Positions 27,035 to 30,476 of a stretch of DNA of 30,476 bases are shown here, in pieces. The translations under genes and the position numbers were made by a program. The DNA is from a virus. Its lineage: Duplodnaviria; Caudoviricetes. The stretch spans positions 1 through 30,476 of IMG/VR virus record IMGVR_UViG_3300022697_000010. One strand, 5' to 3'. The notes below the pieces were generated by a model. The model was not told where the DNA came from and searched no databases. It saw nothing but the letters and a program-made list of their open reading frames with translations. Each line of letters begins with the position of its first letter. Positions within the stretch are counted from its first letter, which is position 1.

Positions 27035-27600
27035 ATATCAAGCAGAGCATACTGTCTGACTCAGCGGACAACTACACACCTGACCTGACATCTATGAGGT
27101 TCTACGGTGAGGCTATCCCTGTGTTCATCTGGGATACCTTACGTTCCTTCAGGGCGTTTAAGGATAGGCTCCCACGCCTCATAGAGTACAAGGACTACAG
27201 GACTATGTGGTTCTCTGCTGAGACTACTGGTACTGGTGTTGTATTTGAGAACAAGGATAAGTTCGGCAACGCATATAGCCACTACCTCTTGACTAACAAG
27301 AATGATATTGAACAGGTTAGTCTGACAGGCACTAAGTCTTTACCTATAGGGGGCCACCTTATCCACTGCAACCTTAAGGCACTGACTGAACTTGACTTTC
27401 ACTATGGCAACGGGTATAATTTCACCCGTACTAAAATACAAATCCGTAATAAATTCTCTAAGAAGATAGCTACAGTCTATGCCTACATCAACAATGCTAA
27501 TCACTTAACTTACTTTGAAGATGGTGTGACAGAGTTCTATGAGGGTATCGACTTAGTTGAAATGGAAGCAAGGACAGGAGTATCCTATCAGGTTTACTGA
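27031..27600 (+). CDS. Degenerate GGCT/AIG2-like protein
   Basis: VFIWDTLR, IGGHLI, LTELDFHYGNG..F.R, VYAY align with GGCT motifs, but the catalytic Glu appears replaced. Confidence 0.55.
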   Translation: MNIKQSILSDSADNYTPDLTSMRFYGEAIPVFIWDTLRSFRAFKDRLPRLIEYKDYRTMWFSAETTGTGVVFENKDKFGNAYSHYLLTNKNDIEQVSLTGTKSLPIGGHLIHCNLKALTELDFHYGNGYNFTRTKIQIRNKFSKKIATVYAYINNANHLTYFEDGVTEFYEGIDLVEMEARTGVSYQVY

Positions 27601-28303
27601 GTTTAGAATTGGAAAGGCTACCTTCGATCAATGTGTAGAACTATACTCAAGGCAGCTTATCTACCGAGTACGAAAGCAAGCACAACACACACAAAACCTT
27701 ATGTGTATGTCTGGAGTTATACTACCCACCAGTGACAGGGTAGGTGATGTACACCCTAGGTTTATAACAAAGGAGTATGCTCAATACATCATTGACTCAC
27801 TAGGCTATTCATGCCGAGCGTCAGGCCGGGCTATGTACCAGCACTTGAAGCACTTCAGGTTCGTGAAAGTTAATCCTTTCGTAGGTACTGTAGACGCCCC
27901 ACCTAAGCCTAAGCAGATACCTATTCAATGGACAGCAGAGGAGAAGGATAGGTTCTACACCTGTGCCTTCACTCGCTTAACTACCACTGGCATTGGCATG
28001 ATAGCCCTCTTGTCTGAGTACTCAGGCCACTCCATGTACAGGATCAATAAGCTTACACAGTCTGACTATGCTGACGGTATCATAACGATAGCAGGTGAGG
28101 CTATAGCTCTTGACGAAGGTACTAAAGGTATGATGGACCAACAAGTAAACATATCTGGGGGCAACCCTTGGCTGTTCCCTAGTCTAACTAAAGAGTTCCC
28201 CTTGAAAAATATAAAGTCTGCCTTCAACGCTGTGAGGGATAGAGCGGGACTACCTAAACATCTAACTATTAATGGGATTACAAAATGTACACTACAAGAG
28301 TAG
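27557..28303 (+). CDS. Tyrosine-integrase-like protein lacking catalytic residues
   Basis: NPF, WTAEE..F, L...SG....I..L...D, WLFPS, F..VRDRAGLPKHL. The box I Arg and HxxR are absent and the protein ends before the catalytic Tyr. Confidence 0.6.
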   Translation: MKWKQGQEYPIRFTEFRIGKATFDQCVELYSRQLIYRVRKQAQHTQNLMCMSGVILPTSDRVGDVHPRFITKEYAQYIIDSLGYSCRASGRAMYQHLKHFRFVKVNPFVGTVDAPPKPKQIPIQWTAEEKDRFYTCAFTRLTTTGIGMIALLSEYSGHSMYRINKLTQSDYADGIITIAGEAIALDEGTKGMMDQQVNISGGNPWLFPSLTKEFPLKNIKSAFNAVRDRAGLPKHLTINGITKCTLQE

Positions 28304-28494
28304 GCATCGCATTAAGTGTGTTGTTCAATGTCCTCTTAGGAGGTGAGAGTAATCAGACCTTCAGCGCTAGGAATTGGGGCTGGGAGAGAGATGGTAAGTT
28401 TAATCTATGCAACGTAATAGACTTCTTCTTCGGACAGGGCCACTGCCTAGAGTGTTGGGCTTACTGGAGAATAGCTAAGAGGAGTGTAACATGA
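28285..28494 (+). CDS. Conserved-looking small phage protein
   Basis: FNVLLGG..NQTFSAR.W....IDFFF...HC...W. Confidence 0.75.
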   Translation: MYTTRVGIALSVLFNVLLGGESNQTFSARNWGWERDGKFNLCNVIDFFFGQGHCLECWAYWRIAKRSVT

Positions 28495-28787
28495 GTAAGT
28501 GGAGAGCTGACCCTAAGAAGGGTGAACAATTTGTAAAGCCTCGCCAAGAGGAGGTGGTAGCCCTACTTAAACAAGCAGCAGACATAGCCTTCTTCTACAT
28601 CGAAGAGAAACTTGAGGCTGACATCGAAGTACTTAAGAAGAAAGCAGGAGAGGCTAAGCAGAAGTGTACTGCTCAGGTACAAGCAGCAGAGACACGGCCT
28701 ACTATGGAGGTTGTACGTAAGTACTGGTCTGAGGATCCTGAGACTATGTGGAAACACTTTGTCCACAACATGACTAAGGGAGAGTAA
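28491..28787 (+). CDS. Hypothetical protein
   Basis: 98 aa, AAGGAG RBS, overlapping the upstream stop. Confidence 0.75.
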   Translation: MSKWRADPKKGEQFVKPRQEEVVALLKQAADIAFFYIEEKLEADIEVLKKKAGEAKQKCTAQVQAAETRPTMEVVRKYWSEDPETMWKHFVHNMTKGE

Positions 28788-28788
28788 C

Positions 28789-28977
28789 ATGAATGCTTTC
28801 AAAGTAAAGATCACACCTAAACCTGCTATGAAGATGATGATGGATGGGGCTAGTCAGCTTGACCCTGCCGCACTCTATGACGCTATACAAATCATCGCTG
28901 ACATGCTGCCCGCTGAGGTACTAGAGGAACTATCAAACGTCCTTGGCCGTGTAGCACATATGAGACTGAGAGGATAA
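28789..28977 (+). CDS. Hypothetical protein
   Basis: 62 aa, GGGAG RBS. Confidence 0.7.
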   Translation: MNAFKVKITPKPAMKMMMDGASQLDPAALYDAIQIIADMLPAEVLEELSNVLGRVAHMRLRG

Positions 28978-28981
28978 TGAC

Positions 28982-29317
28982 ATGACTAAGATACACGTTA
29001 CCAAAGACTTTGATGAGTACATGCTGGCGGACAGAACGCCTGTGCGGGTGGTCTGTGTGGACGCGCTGGGCGGTTTGCCAGTCATCGCTGTTGACCACGA
29101 AGGGGGCATTTACAGAAGTCAGCTTGATGGCACGCGATCCAGTGGATACAGCCCCATCGTCAAACAGAAGCGCAAGCCGAGGGAGTGGTATCTTGCCACA
29201 TCTTCTGACGGGACTCCTCTAACTTATCATATACTACATAAAAAAGTGGAAGCTGACAGCTACACACACGGCCCTGTCATTAAGGTTCGGGAGGTACTGG
29301 GCGATGAATGTAACTGA
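28982..29317 (+). CDS. Hypothetical protein
   Basis: 111 aa; VRVVCVDALGGLPV..KPREWY..IKVREVL. Confidence 0.75.
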   Translation: MTKIHVTKDFDEYMLADRTPVRVVCVDALGGLPVIAVDHEGGIYRSQLDGTRSSGYSPIVKQKRKPREWYLATSSDGTPLTYHILHKKVEADSYTHGPVIKVREVLGDECN

Positions 29318-29624
29318 TCTGTTAAAAATTAACACTAAGAACCTTGTGCAAGCGCAGCATGATGGGCTGCAAGAGTATGCCGTCACTAAACTGCGAAGCA
29401 TAGCTGATAGAATTAGTAATGCAGAATACGAAAGCCTTTTAGAGGACCTAGAAGAGAGTCCTTCGGGTGATGGTTACGGGTGCGACAATAGGTATATCAG
29501 TTTTAACGAGTTGGATCTTAACGGGGAAGATGGAACAGACATAGGTTGCGTACTTGATGCTCTAATAAATATCAGCAGCCAATGCTCTCCGATCAAAGCT
29601 GTGGAGGACATGGACGATGAGTAA
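29304..29624 (+). CDS. Hypothetical acidic protein
   Basis: 106 aa, GGAGG RBS, SPSGDGYGCDN motif. Confidence 0.75.
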   Translation: MNVTDLLKINTKNLVQAQHDGLQEYAVTKLRSIADRISNAEYESLLEDLEESPSGDGYGCDNRYISFNELDLNGEDGTDIGCVLDALINISSQCSPIKAVEDMDDE

Positions 29625-29913
29625 ACTAACTTGGATCGCTTGCAACGGTGTGAAGCCTGACCTGCCGGAGGGTACAGATGTACACATCATGGTGGCATCT
29701 CGAAGTACAGATACATGGCACGATAGCACAGTGAATTACTCACAGTTTGAATTATGGCCCTCTGTGGTTTGCTACGCCCTAGAGCCTGTGGACCCTGTGG
29801 AGGAGTTGGTCGAGGCGGCGCACGACATTGCTTATTTGCCCCACAGTGAGACTAACAAGGAAAATTGGACCCGCCTACGCGCCGCGATCAAAGCAGTGGA
29901 GGAAATGGGTTGA
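29617..29913 (+). CDS. Hypothetical protein
   Basis: 98 aa, GGAGG RBS, overlapping the upstream stop. Confidence 0.75.
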   Translation: MSKLTWIACNGVKPDLPEGTDVHIMVASRSTDTWHDSTVNYSQFELWPSVVCYALEPVDPVEELVEAAHDIAYLPHSETNKENWTRLRAAIKAVEEMG

Positions 29914-30230
29914 CATCTGATCTATCAAAAGACCTACGGCTTAGAGTGGTATTTGCGAAGGAGGGCGAACAGGCTGGAAGGACTGCCGACATAAGCGCCG
30001 ATCTTATACTCAAAGCGGCTGACACCCTCGATCGTGTGTGCCAAGAGCGGGATACTCTCAAAGCCAAGCTGAAAGTGGCTGAGGAAATGGCGGAGGCATT
30101 GGAAGAATTGGCCAGCCAAATATCCATTGATGAGATCGACAACATCAAGGATGCAGACTTTGAGTATGCTTATTCCGTAATGGTTTCAGTCGCTAGAGCC
30201 GCCCTACAAAAATGGAAGGAATCACAATGA
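29910..30230 (+). CDS. Hypothetical coiled-coil protein
   Basis: TTG start at 29910 overlapping the upstream TGA, GGAGG RBS. Confidence 0.7.
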   Translation: MTSDLSKDLRLRVVFAKEGEQAGRTADISADLILKAADTLDRVCQERDTLKAKLKVAEEMAEALEELASQISIDEIDNIKDADFEYAYSVMVSVARAALQKWKESQ

Positions 30231-30476
30231 GTAAACCGCCTGAAAGAATTTACCTACAGCACGGTGATCCATACGACCCTTTCGAGGAAAACACATGGAA
30301 CGCAGAGCCTATTGGTGAGACCGACTGTGACACAAAGTACATCCGAGCCGACGTTGCAGAGGCCCAACTCAAGACTACCCGTAACGACGCGCTGAGAGAG
30401 GCGGCAGGTTTGACACATTTCATCCCCGGTGAGGAGGACTACAACCAAGGGAAAGTGGATATGTGTGAGGACATTC
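30227..30476 (+). CDS. Hypothetical protein, truncated by the window edge
   Basis: ATGA overlap, AAGGA RBS; MSKPPERIYLQ...KYIRAD; open to the end of the window. Confidence 0.7.
   Translation, partial: MSKPPERIYLQHGDPYDPFEENTWNAEPIGETDCDTKYIRADVAEAQLKTTRNDALREAAGLTHFIPGEEDYNQGKVDMCEDI

Overview
This window comes from a tailed dsDNA phage with podovirus-type architecture. From memory it resembles marine alphaproteobacterial podoviruses (HMO-2011/roseophage-like); I have not verified this by search. The left arm (1-17710, minus strand) is the late/virion operon: a hypothetical gene, an overlapping i-/o-spanin pair, TerS, an HTH protein, TerL, portal, an LPD23/HEXXH metallopeptidase protein, a probable ejection protein, scaffold, major capsid, tail adaptor, tail nozzle, and a >1584-aa tail fibre that runs off the window and is missing from the ORF track. 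A ~1.8 kb non-coding control/terminus region (17711-19509) holds repeated TTGACA-N16-TATAACTATAG promoters, a candidate sRNA, IHF-like sites, short repeats and a hairpin-dense leader. The right arm (19510-30476, plus strand) is early genes. Its main feature is a six-gene amide/peptide-ligase cluster (ATP-grasp, GGCT, two glutamine-synthetase-fold amidoligases, class II glutamine amidotransferase, degenerate second GGCT). The cluster carries an apparently overprinted acidic ORF and an AT-rich palindromic, ori-like spacer, and is followed by a tyrosine-integrase homologue lacking catalytic residues. All functional calls are motif recognition by eye.
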